Shown here piece after piece: positions 31,254 through 44,541 of a stretch of DNA of 64,000 bases. Under the pieces are notes generated by a model. It made no database searches. It was not told the origin of the DNA and worked only from the letters and a program-made list of their open reading frames with translations. The stretch's first letter is position 1. Each line of letters starts with the position of its first letter. The translations under genes were made by a program, and so were the position numbers. The stretch comes from Tubiluchus corallicola (lineage: Eukaryota > Animalia > Priapulida), in NCBI GenBank assembly GCA_030141605.1, contig JAQGDQ010000127.1, forward strand, positions 1 through 64,000, read 5' to 3'.

Positions 31254-34200
31254 ACATTGGGCTTGAAATCTCTTCATAACTAATAAAATAATGGCGATGG
31301 CGATATTATGCCCGACTACATTGAAATGTATGATAAATCTATTTATTATGTTTATGCTTAAATGTAACAACTGAAAGGTGAATGGTTGCAAATGGACGAA
31401 GTATTTCATAAGAAAGAAGGTTTTGCTCGCAATTCAAATTTTAAATTTAAATTCATCATAAACCGAAATATGTGTAATTGTATATTTGTTTTTCGTTTTA
31501 TTAATGAAAATGTAACAACAATAACGGATTTGTTTGTTTTTACTGGCGTCATTATTAGGGTCTCAAGAAAAATTTCTAGACTACAGAGTCAGCTTCTACA
31601 CAGTACACATGCAATATAATGTCTATAGGTTTTGATGATATTAGTAAATGATATTAATTAATAATAGCGACAGTGACAGTATCTTGCGAATTTTAACAAG
31701 TATAATCTAAAATCACACCGCCTGACTCTGGCTTAGCATACAATGGGCAATAAGGTGGCTACACATTAATGCTTTTGTAAAAGCCTACAGTCAAAACATA
31801 AGAGATAAAACTATATAACTTATAGTTATCACCTTATATCATTATATAAATTACTACATACATACATATACATATATACAAATTATTATATGAATGCTTA
31901 AATTATATGCAGATCACGTCATTGACTAATTCAGCCACTCAATCACAAAAAATTATGCCTCTCCAATAAAATATGGCAGATGGGAGCCATTAATAGCTTT
32001 GAAATTTATGCATTGACTTCAAACTCATTAATGCTTTTATTAATAATAATTTTTGTTTTACTTTTTTAAAACACTTTACATGATGCAAGTAATAGTTAGA
32101 ATTATCTAGTTTTGTTTTCTGGTCTGAAAAAGAGTTAAAGGCAATTCTTATAATAACAGGGGCAATAATTATAAAGCTATTTATAATAATGCTGAAAAGT
32201 AAATATTATATACTTTATTTCATTTCAGCATTGTGATAGTTCCAACTTTATATTATATAACGTGACTACAAAAATGTCTAGCAAATCATCGCAAAGGGGA
32301 TTTAATAATTTTATACAATGATGCGTGCGTGATATTCAAGGTTTTGCGTGTTACCGGTCAACCAAAATACTGGCCTTCAATGAGAAGTCTAAGGCTGCAC
32401 AAACTCGGCATAAATGTAAAATTACATTTATTTATATTGCAATAAAAAAGCCATGTTCCAGGGTCTAAAGACCAAGTTAAGCATGAAGATAAAATGAACC
32501 AGACTCATTCAACGAATATCTTGTTTAATGGTGAAAATAAATCTGAATCTTAGCTACAGAGAATGATGTCTCAGTTATATACTTATGCACGGCCAATCTA
32601 AAAGACTTCTGTATAAGCACTAATATACATTAAATTTGAAATAACCTAAGTTGCCGACTTTGTGAATAATAATTAACAAGACCTGCATACTACCTATCAA
32701 CGTTAACAAACATAATCCAATTTTGTTCTGTACAATAGTAGCTAGCTGCATAGCAAACTCTTTTGTGCTTGAATAATCAATAAAAATGCAGAAATCTGGA
32801 CTGAATATATTAAACTTAGATTATACAACATCAAATTCTCAAAATCGAAAAATGGAAAGTAAGAAATTCCGATAAGAAAAACAAAAAGACATGACTACAC
32901 CTTGTCGAACCTCTTCAATGTTAGCTCAACTACTCAGGAGTTGAGACACTTTTTAAAACATGTTGCTACAACTATAAATTGCAAATTGTATGTTGCTAAT
33001 TGTCTTTAATGTTATTTTTTGTTTTTATAGACTTTGTGGTGTGGTTACAGTTTATTCATTTATAACATCAATGCAAGAAACTTAATTTGGCAACAACTCT
33101 GATACATAGGGAAGAAGAAATCAGTATTATGGCAGCAGACTTTAACCACAGCTATTTTCGACACTCATTATTTTATTTTTTATAATCTTCCATTTAAAAC
33201 GCAGGAGCAGATACTTTTTTCGTTTTTCTTCATTGATGAATTATAGCATATTTAACTGTGATTGTTGTATCAGTATACTATCTTAATATTTATCTATAAA
33301 AAAAACTTTGCATAAAGCCTATAATATTTATGAATTATTTTTTTTCTGTTTATGGTAGTATTTGACATGCATATTATGTTGTATTAAGTGTTTTGCCAAC
33401 GTACATGTATGTATTTATGCAAATAAAATTGAACTGAATTGAAATTGCAATATACCAATTGTAATAAAATAATATAATGTTCCATTTCATTTGTTTGTAC
33501 TACAGGCTTTTTGGTTGGCCTGAGAATTTAAGATTTTGGAGAATTCGTATGGTTTTAGAATGCTGAGATGAGTCATTTTTGGAGCCTTCAATATCCAATG
33601 GTCATGATGTTGTTTCGTTCTGTTTTTGAGTAGATCAATTTTAGATAAAGTTTTAGTCTGGTGAATTCTGTCTTTGAAATTTTTGCTTTTATGAGAAATT
33701 TTCAGTGATGGCATCCGAGATATGACTCGGATGATCCGAGACAAAACTCGAAATTGAATTGTATTAGGTGAAAAATACTAGTTCTTGGTACGGCCGAAGT
33801 ATAGCCAAATCTCAAAGCCACAAGCTTGAGCTGATATCCAGCGCGGAAGATTTTGGTTATTGCCAATAATGGTTTGTGAAGGTCGTTTCCGAGAATTATT
33901 ATTATTAAATAAGAGTATTCGTTGCACAAACAAAGCAGAATTGTAGCATTACTGATAAGCATTACATACATTGGCAAATACAAAATAAAAAATATATAGG
34001 TACATGTAGAACTACAGATTACTAATATCAAAACTGACGTACTGCTACTTTGTTATAATAACTTAGTGCAATAGTGGCTATTAATTATTATTATTAAATA
34101 TTAATAGTATTAATTATGAGATAAAGATCAACAAGTACAATTATATTATTAATGAAACTGATTCAGATTTTGGCTGCCCAGTGATAATGGCTAGTAGTAT

Positions 34201-34435
34201 TAGATACTACAATTAATCACTACAGATTGCAAAGTTTTATATTATTACTATAAGTATAAAGTATAATTATGACTAGTATTAATTTAACGGGATACACATT
34301 GACTGGGTCAATATACGACATCAAAATTAACCGAGAGTTTGATTTCACGATCACATGCCAGATAATAATATTATTGTTACTTGATACACTTTGTACAAAA
34401 GTTAATCACAAAATTTGGAACCTAATTAGCTACAA

Positions 34436-34482
<47 letters not shown>

Positions 34483-34677
34483 TGAAAAAAATTTATCAAA
34501 AAATCGCCATACAGTCTATTACCAAAAAAATATTGTATTTACCAATACAGTTTATTGGGCCTCAGATGAAAACAGAGTTTGTCATATTGTGAAATAACTG
34601 TACTCTAATATGCTAACCTAGTGGTTCTGCTTTTGACCCACCTTACCACTGCAGTCAAGTTATCCAAGAATTTCTGT

Positions 34678-35106
34678 AAGCTAAACATTTAATCACTTGC
34701 CTGGCGGTTTGCTTTTGAAGCTCTCGCTGTCTTTCATAGAATGTTTAATCAGTTAGCTGTTGCTGTTATACCAGGGATGCAGGTACAGCATAATAAGATG
34801 TTGCAAAGTTGCAGCTAGATTACCATGCAAACTAGGATGATGGCTGTGTTGTTAAATGAATGGTTAGTGAATTGGGGTGCGTGCTTAATGTAAAACATAT
34901 ATTTACTGTAGGCAATTGCACTACACATGTAGTCAACGCATTATTAAAACACTTTAAACTTGTGTTAGTTAGTTAGTTAGAGCGCAGCTTCTCAGTTAAG
35001 CGCAAGTGATCTGGCTAAAAAGCAGCCTTCCCAATGCACTGCACTTATTGGCTATGCCCTGTAGTAATGTTACTGAACACACGATTCAAAACTGTATCAT
35101 TTACTC
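34678..35106 (+). repeat. Left arm of a long, diverged inverted-repeat pair
   Basis: Aligns in reverse with 37828-38342. The outer 22 bp (AAGCTAAACATTTAATCACTTG) are identical, and blocks such as CAATGCACTGCACTTATTGGCTAT are shared. Confidence 0.8.
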
Positions 35107-35759
35107 TAGATTCACTTATAAATGTGAATAAAACTGACAACAGTAAAAATCTTATTGCAAGAGAGAGTCCTAACTGCACCATGTGACACGACAAACTATT
35201 AATTTGAAACGTAGGATGAATTTATTCGGCTATATAAGTCATCCTTGCAATGAACCTATGATGAAATCGTTACGATAGAAAGCGGGAGCTTAGGTGAACC
35301 TACAGACAGAGCCACTTACAAAGAAACATGGGCACCTCCAACTGCAGTTCAAGCACGCCAAGTATTTTGAGAGATTTTGTCTATCATGCAGCAGATTTTC
35401 AATATTTTTGTCAATATGAAAACTTTGTGATCCAATTTCTTCGCATAAAAATGAAGCAGCCGACCTTGGAAGTATTTGTGAAATTTTTGCAAATAAATAG
35501 ACTTGTGTGATTTAGAAAAGTAAACTTTTTTATTTTATTTTTTATTAACTCACTTTATAAATTAATATTTTTAAATAACTGCATACTAGTTTAGGCAGTA
35601 CTTCATTTCTAAAATTCATTAAAAGCCTTTGCAGTACTTTTTCGGGAGCTGAGAGAGGTTTATATGACATCTCGCGTACAAACGGTTTGAGTGCTGGAGT
35701 ACATTAGTAGTCTGTTGGACATCATTTTTTGGTCATTCTTAAGTTTTTCTTTGGAGCCG

Positions 35760-36360
35760 TTTTTACAGGGCGCCCCTAAAAGTAACCCAATTTCAATCTG
35801 TGCACATTTTGAGCAAATTAATAAAACTTTGATCCTCCTTACTGAAGGGCCTTTACTCCGTACAGAATAAAGATCAGTGCTCTTAAATGATGAATATGAC
35901 AATGTAGATCATGTATTGGTTAGGACATCGTTAAAACTTCGCAAAAATGTTCTTTAGACCTTACTGAATAAAGATCAGTAGTTCTTAAATGATGAATTTT
36001 GCCATAGAGATTGCTTATTTGTCACTTTTATGTATTCAAATTGGTGTGGTATGTAATGGTACCCCTCATTAAAGTACCTCAAAATCAATTTAAATCACAC
36101 TTTCAGTACATTAGTGGCACTTTGCGAAAATTTTCGTGCCTATCTACTAAATAAAGATTCTGGCTCTTAAGTGATGAATTTAATCGTAAATATCACATGT
36201 TTGCTGCTCTTACGGTTTCAAATTGGTGCATTATGTAGGGGGAGCCCGTAAAGTGCCCCAAAATCAATTTAAGTCACATGCTGAGTACCATAACAAAAAC
36301 TTTGCGAAAATAATCTTTACACCTTACTAGATTCAGATCATGGCTCTTAAATGACGAAAT
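35760..36360. repeat. Degenerate ~180-bp tandem repeat
   Basis: The motif AATAAAGATCA..GCTCTTAAATGATGAAT recurs at ~35866, 35967, 36150 and 36331; intervening blocks (CAAAATCAATTTAA, CTTTGCGAAAA) also recur. Confidence 0.7.
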
Positions 36361-36384
36361 GATGAAAGGAAGGTTGAGCACGCT

Positions 36385-37340
36385 ATTCTGTTCTAACATT
36401 GGTGTACCCCAAGGAGATTGTTTGAGGGTATCCTTTTCTCTTTTTTTTTGCTTTTTATTTTGAGACTATGACTGATGATGATTATATACCCTGTTAAAAA
36501 AATGAAAGACCATACCTATATAGATCTTAATCCAGAAAACTTCAGAGCAGATACTCTAGTTGATCATAATTATAAAAAGCAATGTTTGGAAGACCTTCAT
36601 CTTTAATCTCCATGCAATACCCTGACGATATAACTTACCATACAGCTAATAACAGGTGAACAGCAAGAGATAAAATGCACAATTGGCCGCCGTTTAGAAA
36701 AGCATAATCTTAAGGTCAATAATACGAAGACGGAAGAATATTACAGTTCGTGGAAAAAATATAAATATATTTTTGACAGCTTGATAGAAACCATAGCTGA
36801 CATACAACGAAGGAAGATTTTAGCATTGTATGCCTATTCAGATTTTACAACAGTTTTTGAAAATGGTAGGTATCCTTTTGAAACCAACGTAATGGCATTT
36901 CAACTTTAGTTAAACCTGTACTTTTATAAAATGCTGAATTATGGACAATAAGAGTTAAATAGCAGAAGGAAATTGATGCTTATCAAAGCAGTCTTTATAA
37001 GAAATTATTAAGAATTAAATGGCCTGACAGAATATCCAACATTTGATGATCTGTATGAAGTGGTGAAGAAGAACTCTTGGACTAAACAAATAGAACTAAG
37101 ATTGGGCATCTGCATTAGATTGGGCATGTATTAAGATTACCCCAGGAATCTTATCTTCCTAAAGCATTACGTTGATCTCTTGAAATTACAAAAAAGCTGA
37201 GTGGGAGTCAGCTACTGATCGTATATAGATATACTGCAAAGAGATTTAGCAAATGCAGTTCTAGGTTTGAAGGCAGACAGAAGTAGCTGACATCAACGGG
37301 TGGAGTGTGTCATGTTTTACAACATACATAAGCATACAAA
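36385..37340 (+). mobile_element. Decayed RTE-clade LINE (5'-truncated RT)
   Basis: Broken frames give NIGVPQGDCL, QY.DDI, HNLKVNNTKTEEY, ADIQRRKILA, VKPVLL.NAELWT, IKWPDRISN and GHVLRLP. Confidence 0.8.
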
Positions 37341-37827
37341 CAACGAAACGATAATGACAAAACTATAGAACAAATGAAAATCAGCAATTTAGTATTCATC
37401 GGTCAATAATATCTTATAGTTATGTAAAGCTCTTGTATAAGTATAAGATTTATTTTACATTTTTGTAAACTTTATATTATATAATTTCTTAATGTAAAGT
37501 GTAAGTATTTCTTGCATTATTATAATAAATGTAGGCTTTAGCTGTACTTATAATCTTATACTTTAGTCCCTAGAAAGGTAAAATGTGTCTAAGTCGTCAA
37601 AAGTCCCATGTACTAATATTGTAGGCGTCGCTTAATAAACTTACTTTGGGATGGACGTGTTTTAACTAAAAGTTTTTTCAAGGTTGGCTGCTTCATTTTT
37701 TACCAAGAAGTTTGGTTACAAAGTTCTCATAATGACAAAAACATTGAAAATCTGTTGCTGTATGATGCACACATTCTGTTAAAATACTTAGCGCTTGGCG
37801 TGCTTCAATTGCAGTTGGTGGTGAGTT

Positions 37828-38342
37828 GAGTGAAGCAGTTCTGAATCATGTGTTCAGTGATCTTGAGGAAATAGCCAATAAGTGCAGTGCATTGAGAAGG
37901 CTGTTTTTTTTAGCCAGATCATTTACACTTGACTGAGAAGCTGCATCTTCGGAATCCATCACTTCTAAAACTCGTCTGCATTTCTTTTCTGTAGCAAGCC
38001 TTTAGTGTTCGAATAATGCCTTGTTCACACGGCTGAATGAGGGATGTGGTTTGTCAGTAAAAATGTGATGTGTTTTAATGATGTACTGACTACATAGGTA
38101 ATGCAATTGTCTACCAGTAAAATAAAGTTTCACTTTAAGCTTGCATCCCATTTCACTAACCATTCATTAAACAATACACAGCTGTCATCCAAGCATTCGA
38201 ATTTCCACAGTAATCTACCGGCAACTTCGCAACACCTTACTGTAGTATCTGTATCACTGATATAACAGCAACAGCTAGCTGACTAAACATTATGTGAAAA
38301 GCAGCAAGAGTTTCACTAGACAAGTGATTAAATGTTTAGCTT
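37828..38342 (-). repeat. Right arm of the inverted-repeat pair
   Basis: Reverse-complement homologue of 34678-35106, with an extra ~120-bp internal segment. Confidence 0.8.
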
Positions 38343-38465
38343 CCAGAAATAGATAGATCGCAAGCCGCGTTTAGCCCTGCCCAACTTGATAACATAACAC
38401 ACAATCTCACAAACTCCCTCGCTGCAAGTGCTTACAGCATGCAAATAAACTGAAAAACCATGGAA

Positions 38466-38530
38466 AAATTTGGTACTAGTAAGTTTGTTACAGGCAAATT
38501 TGGTCCTAGCAATTTTGGTACGAGGCAATC
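38466..38530. repeat. 15-bp degenerate tandem repeats (likely MITE remnant)
   Basis: Period-15 units such as AAATTTGGTACTAGT / AAATTTGGTCCTAGC / AATTTTGGTACGAGG. A similar period-15 array lies at ~39681-39737. Confidence 0.55.
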
Positions 38531-39373
38531 TCTTGTAACAGCATAAAAGATTTAATGTAAAAAATAGGAAACTAATTTCCTTGGGACAGACAGCATTATT
38601 AATTTGACAGCTCAGCTTAAATGTTACCTGCCTAACCGGGAGAGATTTTTTCAATAACACATTTGTTTGAGTTTTTTGGCTTGAAGAAACTGATATTTCT
38701 GACTATTTTAATCTTTCCAGGCACTATACGTTTACATAACTTATTCAAGCGTAATGTTTCACCACTATAATTTCTCTGTACTACTGCTAGATAAATTTTA
38801 CTTACGGAAATCTTGTATGGCTGGAGCAAATAAAAGTAATAATAATAGTACCCACTTGACCTTAACTCTTGAGGTATATTTCTATGCAATTTCTGCACGT
38901 GCTTGTGAGCCGCTTTTGTTGAGGCGCAACTCATATGAAGGAGGAGGCAAGACAAAAGGAGAGCTAATTGGGACACCTGCTGGTTTATTGATGTTTTGCG
39001 ATCTATGTATTCTTGGGTAACAAAGTTAATTGCAGTGGATCGGCGGGTCAAAGCAAAAGCGCATGATAAGCATTCCTGCTTACAAACGAAACTGCACTTA
39101 ACAGGATTGATTCTACGCAGAAGTCATAAAACCTTATTGGTCACACTCAAGTGTCTTATTTCAAGCATGTGAAGCAAAAATATTGAGTAAATTATGTGAA
39201 GTTATTTGAGTCTATTATTTGTTGTTTTTATATGCATTTGAATAGAATCTGCCCCTACCAGGTGCTTTGAGTCAATTAGACACCCGATTCTATTAACAGT
39301 GAGTCTAATATACAGCACCTACCGCATTTAGATATACGTAACTTGATCAGAGTGGCTTTCATAATTAATGCTA

Positions 39374-39404
<31 letters not shown>

Positions 39405-40534
39405 TACTATTACCATGACTTTAGATTTTAAATTAGTTTCTTTTTTTAGTTGGAAATTAAAATGGTATTTTAAGCCAGACTCACGGCAACCTGGCAGGTT
39501 GAACCTGGTACTCACTGCCAGTACATTGACTCCTGGTATCAAAGTTCAATGCACTATTTTGGTAGGACGTGTAGAGCAGTCTGTGGAGTAGCATGTAAAA
39601 GGACTAGGTGGAAGTTTACTGTTAGTAATAAATGGTTAGTAACTTTTTTATTCTATAATAACATTTTATTACTGTATGCAGCATTTAGGTACGGCCATTT
39701 AGGCATAGGACATCTGGGTATGGCACAACTGGACACTGATAAGACCTAATATTGTACCTAAATTATTATTTTGCAATTCTTGGTATTTGGTAAATTTTTA
39801 ATGATTCCCAACTCTCTCACAATATTGTTTAAGATATTATTGCTTCACTAAATTAAACTTATTAAAGAATGTCATATACAATAATTTCGCATTTTTAAAA
39901 CTAGTCAAATTATTCTATAGTTTCTGGTATAGCACTTAATATTACGTGTAGTTTTTAAAATGCAGAAGATACTGAAAGTTCAGATTAACGTTTTATTAAA
40001 ATATGATGACATTTAAACACAAAAAAGCATTGAATGCCTTTATAGTCTAAAAATAGAACATTTATTATAGGAGCTTTTGCCTAACAGGCCTCAAAAGCTG
40101 AATAGATTTGTGCTGCTAGTTTGAGGCATTATGCACATTATATATATAATGTATGTATCCCGAGGTTTTAATTTATAACTTTGAGTTAAGTCCAACTGTC
40201 ATGTAGCAATTAATACCATAAACCGATAACCAAATGTTCTCAAACTAATGCACAATCTTCTATCACATCAATACTTATAATCAAATACAGAGATATAATC
40301 AATTTAAACACTTCTGCTCTACCTGCACTACAGTTTAACATAACATTTATGTTATTATATGCACTTCATTTACCAGCTAATAATGTATTAGCGTAATGTG
40401 CGTAATGCTGTATTTGTTACTTGGCATGACAACATAGTTGGAATGTATGAAATGTCAATGTACTAATGTAATTATATAATTTATTCTGCTATTGTTTTAG
40501 GTTTCAGTACTTGAAGACTTTTCAGTTTTCTACG

Positions 40535-41803
40535 ATGAGTTCAGAATTTACAGGAGCAAATCGTCTCGCTAAATGTTATGCAAGCCTTTGGGTGGAGTAT
40601 GTTGGCCTTACTATGCAGCATCAAGCTCTTAATTTGGGGCAAGGCTTTCCAGATTTTGCTCCACCAGATTACATAACTAAAGCTTTAGGTGACACGGTGT
40701 CAGGCTCTAGCACATTATTAAATCAGTATACTCGTAGCTATGGTCATCCGAGGCTTGTTACTGCTATTGCCAAACTTTTTTCAAAGCTGCATAACCGAGG
40801 ACTGGATCCAATGCAAAATGTCTTAGTAACAAGTGGTGCATATGAATCACTTTTCTGCTGTTTTATGGGTTTTCTGAACCCAGGTGATGAAGCAATTATA
40901 ATTGAGCCCTACTTTGATTGCTATGAGCCAATGACAAGGATTGCTAATGGTATTCCAGTGTTTGTTCCACTAAGGCCAAGGAATCCTGGAACACTTATGA
41001 GAAGCTCTGACTGGAAGCTAGACCCAGCAGAGCTGGAATCAAAGTTCAGTAGTAAGACTAAAATATTAGTTATAAATACTCCGAATAACCCACTTGGCAA
41101 AGTGTATACACGAGATGAACTAGAAATGATAGCAGACCTTGCTAAAAAATACAACGTCATAGTGATTTCTGATGAAGTTTATGAATGGCTTATTTACAAA
41201 GATAGTATGCAAGAACATATAAGAATAGCTACACTTCCTGGAATGTGGGAAAGAACTATTACAGTAAGTAGTGCCGGTAAAACTTTTAGCATTACGGGTT
41301 GGAAGATTGGTTGGTCTATTGGGCCAGAGCACTTGTTAAAACATGTCAGGGCTCTTCATTCCAATTGCATTTATACTTGTCCTACTTTATTGCAAGAAGC
41401 ATGTGCAATAGGATTTGAGCTGGAGATGCAGAGGCTAGGTGAACGACATTCTTATTTCCAGGAGCTACCTGCCTTGTTACAAAACAAGCGAGATCAGTTA
41501 TCGGAGCAGCTGATTGAGGTAGGGATGCTTCCGGTCATTCCCGATGGTGGATACTTCATGGTTGCTGATTTTTCAAAACTAAATATAAAAATTGATGATG
41601 AGGAATCTGCAGAGCCTAAGGATTGTAAATTCGTTAAATGGATGATACGAAATAAGAAGTTGTCTACAATACCAACCAGTTGCTTCTATTCACTGGATCA
41701 CAAGAATGTTGCAGAGAATTATATAAGATTTTGTTTCATAAAGGAAGAGTCAACATTATTGAAATGTCGAGATATTTTAATGGAGTGGAAAAGCACGCTG
41801 TGA
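40535..41803 (+). CDS. KYAT3: Kynurenine--oxoglutarate transaminase (KYAT1/KYAT3-like, PLP-dependent class I aminotransferase); single coding exon
   Basis: NLGQGFPDF, NQYTRSYGHPRL, NTPNNPLGKV, SDEVYEW, PLP-lysine motif SAGKTFSITGWKIGW, YIRFCFIK. Acceptor AG at 40499-40500 upstream; AATAAA at 42128. The KYAT1 vs KYAT3 assignment is uncertain. Confidence 0.93.
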   Translation: MSSEFTGANRLAKCYASLWVEYVGLTMQHQALNLGQGFPDFAPPDYITKALGDTVSGSSTLLNQYTRSYGHPRLVTAIAKLFSKLHNRGLDPMQNVLVTSGAYESLFCCFMGFLNPGDEAIIIEPYFDCYEPMTRIANGIPVFVPLRPRNPGTLMRSSDWKLDPAELESKFSSKTKILVINTPNNPLGKVYTRDELEMIADLAKKYNVIVISDEVYEWLIYKDSMQEHIRIATLPGMWERTITVSSAGKTFSITGWKIGWSIGPEHLLKHVRALHSNCIYTCPTLLQEACAIGFELEMQRLGERHSYFQELPALLQNKRDQLSEQLIEVGMLPVIPDGGYFMVADFSKLNIKIDDEESAEPKDCKFVKWMIRNKKLSTIPTSCFYSLDHKNVAENYIRFCFIKEESTLLKCRDILMEWKSTL

Positions 41804-43344
41804 TATTGACAAATGTTGCACCTGCTGAAGGTCATGACCATGCAGTAACAATAGTACTACGGTTTATCTGTTGTACATTTAGTACTGAGAAACCAAAGAA
41901 ATTCTGATTGCCATTCCACCATCGTGTCAATATCTAGGCAAATTAAAAATGTCGTCTTGGCATTTTGACAATTGTATTTGCAGCTTAGAGAATTGTAAGT
42001 GTGGCTTTCAGTTGATGCAATTAATGATGTCACAACATTAAAATTACAACTTTGTAATGACTCATCATTATTCTGTATTTTTCAATACCAGAGAACAGGT
42101 CTGTTATTACACTCTGACAGATCAAGAAATAAATTTTAGAATACTATTTCTCAACCATTTATTTTATATGGTACCTATGAAAGATTTCTTTTAACTGCAA
42201 AAGCCTAATACAATGTTTATAAATATATAGTTTAAATAAAAATGTTAAATAGGTGTAAAATATATCAGTTTGAATATTTAAGCTGCTTGATAAACAAAGC
42301 TATTTTAATAATAATTGCTCGTTTATCAGAACGTTTAATTGTAAAACACTCATTCCAGTTTATTTATAAATAGAGAGTTTATTAACCACATTACCATAAG
42401 CAAGAAAACTTGGAAGTTTTGTAAAATGTTTTCAGTTTGAATTACAACATTAAAACAAAAACCTTTCTGGTAATCGTCTTGTGTCTGTTAACTTTAATCA
42501 GACGTCTGTTGGTTCTGAATTTCTTTCGTTATTTTATGGGTATAAATGTACATAAAAACACCAATGCAGTCATAATTAGAAATGTTACATGTACATGTGT
42601 AATGCATTAGAAATGATAAGAAATGCTTCTAATTCCAGTCAATTTGTACAATTCCTTAACTACTACAGCATTAGTTAGATGGCTTAGGCTACTCAGCTAC
42701 TCAAATATTTAAAAGACATTTCCAAGAGTCAGCAAGACCAGAAGTTACAAAGTGAAATCTATTTCTAATGAAAATTGGAATAACGCAAAAACTGTTGTAC
42801 ACTAAAATAGATTATGAATGAAATCAAACTAGATTTTAGGTTTACTAATGTTTAATGGCTTACAATTTGACAAAACAAATTTCTTCACACTTTATTTTTC
42901 AACAGTTGCTAGTATATTACTGAATTTGAATTCAAACGCTACCTACTCTATAATTACTCTGGCTCATGAAATGAAGTATAAGAAGTGGCTAAAAAGCCGT
43001 AGATGACAAACAATCTTGCAATAGTTATTAAATGAATTCATAGTAAGCATGTTCTTTGAGATATCAAATATCAGAATATGGCAAATTTTACTTTGTATAG
43101 TAGATTAACCTTCAGGCCCACCAAATTTATACTTTAAACACTAAGAACTGCTAAACATATAGTGCTAACAGGAATAAACCTATAAAAAGGTTGTAAGAAT
43201 ATTTTTTGAGAAGGCAAGATGATCTTGATACACATTTAACTTTAAATTGTTCTCCAAGCTGCATTACACACACTCCACAGCAAGTTACAATTGTCACTTA
43301 TTCTTGTCATAAAGTTTCTGACAATGGGTTCACACTGCACTTTG

Positions 43345-44541
43345 TCATTTCAGATTGACATTTACAGAAGCTAGCGCATCCACAATCCACCTGGGGTAAT
43401 TCCCACTAGCGTATCTGATGTTCATGTAATTATGAATAAACTGTGGAAATTCGTCTTTCTTAATGGCTGCTTGAATTGATGCCATTAGATCCATCTGATA
43501 CTGTACATTATGTAACGTGACAAGATTGCAAGCTACAGGTTCTCTGGTTACAATGGAATGCAAGTATGCCCTACTGTATGTTTTGCATGTTAAGCAGCTG
43601 CATGACTTGTCTATTGGCTCGAAGTCATATTTGTATTTCGCTCTCTTTAGTTGGATTTGTCCTTCTGGCACAAGAGCTGTACCAAATCGAGCTGTACGTG
43701 TTGGATAAACGCAATCAAACATGTCACACCCCAGTGCACAACAGACAACCAAATCTTCTGCAAATCCCACTCCCATTAAATAGATGGGTTTACACTGAGG
43801 CAGATGATCAGTTGATAAGGTCACCATCTTCCAGAAGTGCTCCTTAGCCTCACCACCACTCAAACCCCCAATTGCGAATCCAGGTACGTTTCGCTTTATC
43901 ATTTCATCAACACATTTATTTCGCAGTTTTTCATTCAAACCACCTTGAATAATTGCAAACAAATTCTGCGAATCCGAACACTTGTTAGCTCTTATACATC
44001 TGTCTAGCCAGCGAACTGACCTCCACATAGCCTCCTGTACTCTCGGACCAGATATTGTGCTTGACACTACATCATCCAGTTGCATTATTATGTCTGCACC
44101 TATACTGTTTTGTATTTCAATTGACTGTTCTGGTGTCAACAGTAACTCCTTACCATCATAAGGACTCTTAAATTTAACTCCTCCTTCTGATATTTCTGAC
44201 AGATCCAGCAGAGACACCATCTGGAAGCCGCCACTATCTGTCAACAAATTTCGTTTCCAGTTCATGAATTTGTGTAGGCCGCCAACCGATTTAAACGTGG
44301 CTGTTCCAGGATAAGAACCCAAATGATACGTGTTGCTCAACATTATTTTGCAATTAGTATTTTCAATACTTTCAGGTGTTAAACCTTTTAATGTTCCATG
44401 TGTACCAACAGGCATAAATACTGGTGTATCTACTATACCATGTGGTAATGACAACTGGCAGGTTCTAGCCTTTGTTGTTGAGCATTTAGCCAAAACTTCT
44501 AATTTTAAAGCATGAGCTGTAGAAGCAGTCATATTTGGCAT
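43345..44541 (-). CDS. QTRT1: Queuine tRNA-ribosyltransferase catalytic subunit (eukaryotic TGT); single coding exon
   Basis: [62 protein letters not shown] and the Zn site CSCLTC...H. Confidence 0.95.
   Translation of the reverse strand: MPNMTASTAHALKLEVLAKCSTTKARTCQLSLPHGIVDTPVFMPVGTHGTLKGLTPESIENTNCKIMLSNTYHLGSYPGTATFKSVGGLHKFMNWKRNLLTDSGGFQMVSLLDLSEISEGGVKFKSPYDGKELLLTPEQSIEIQNSIGADIIMQLDDVVSSTISGPRVQEAMWRSVRWLDRCIRANKCSDSQNLFAIIQGGLNEKLRNKCVDEMIKRNVPGFAIGGLSGGEAKEHFWKMVTLSTDHLPQCKPIYLMGVGFAEDLVVCCALGCDMFDCVYPTRTARFGTALVPEGQIQLKRAKYKYDFEPIDKSCSCLTCKTYSRAYLHSIVTREPVACNLVTLHNVQYQMDLMASIQAAIKKDEFPQFIHNYMNIRYASGNYPRWIVDALASVNVNLK

Noticed and set aside
32440-33450. Possible old LINE 3' end (AATAAA followed by a TTGAA-type tail at ~33422)
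   Set aside because: No recognisable protein motif could be recovered, so it is too weak to call.
35860-36360. ~30-bp motif recurring four times, superficially CRISPR-like
   Set aside because: Spacing is 100-180 bp, the intervening sequences are themselves similar, there are no cas genes and the context is eukaryotic. It is a degenerate tandem repeat.
43345-44541. Horizontal transfer of a bacterial tgt (intronless)
   Set aside because: Motifs ([27 protein letters not shown]) are the eukaryotic QTRT1 type, and base composition matches the host.
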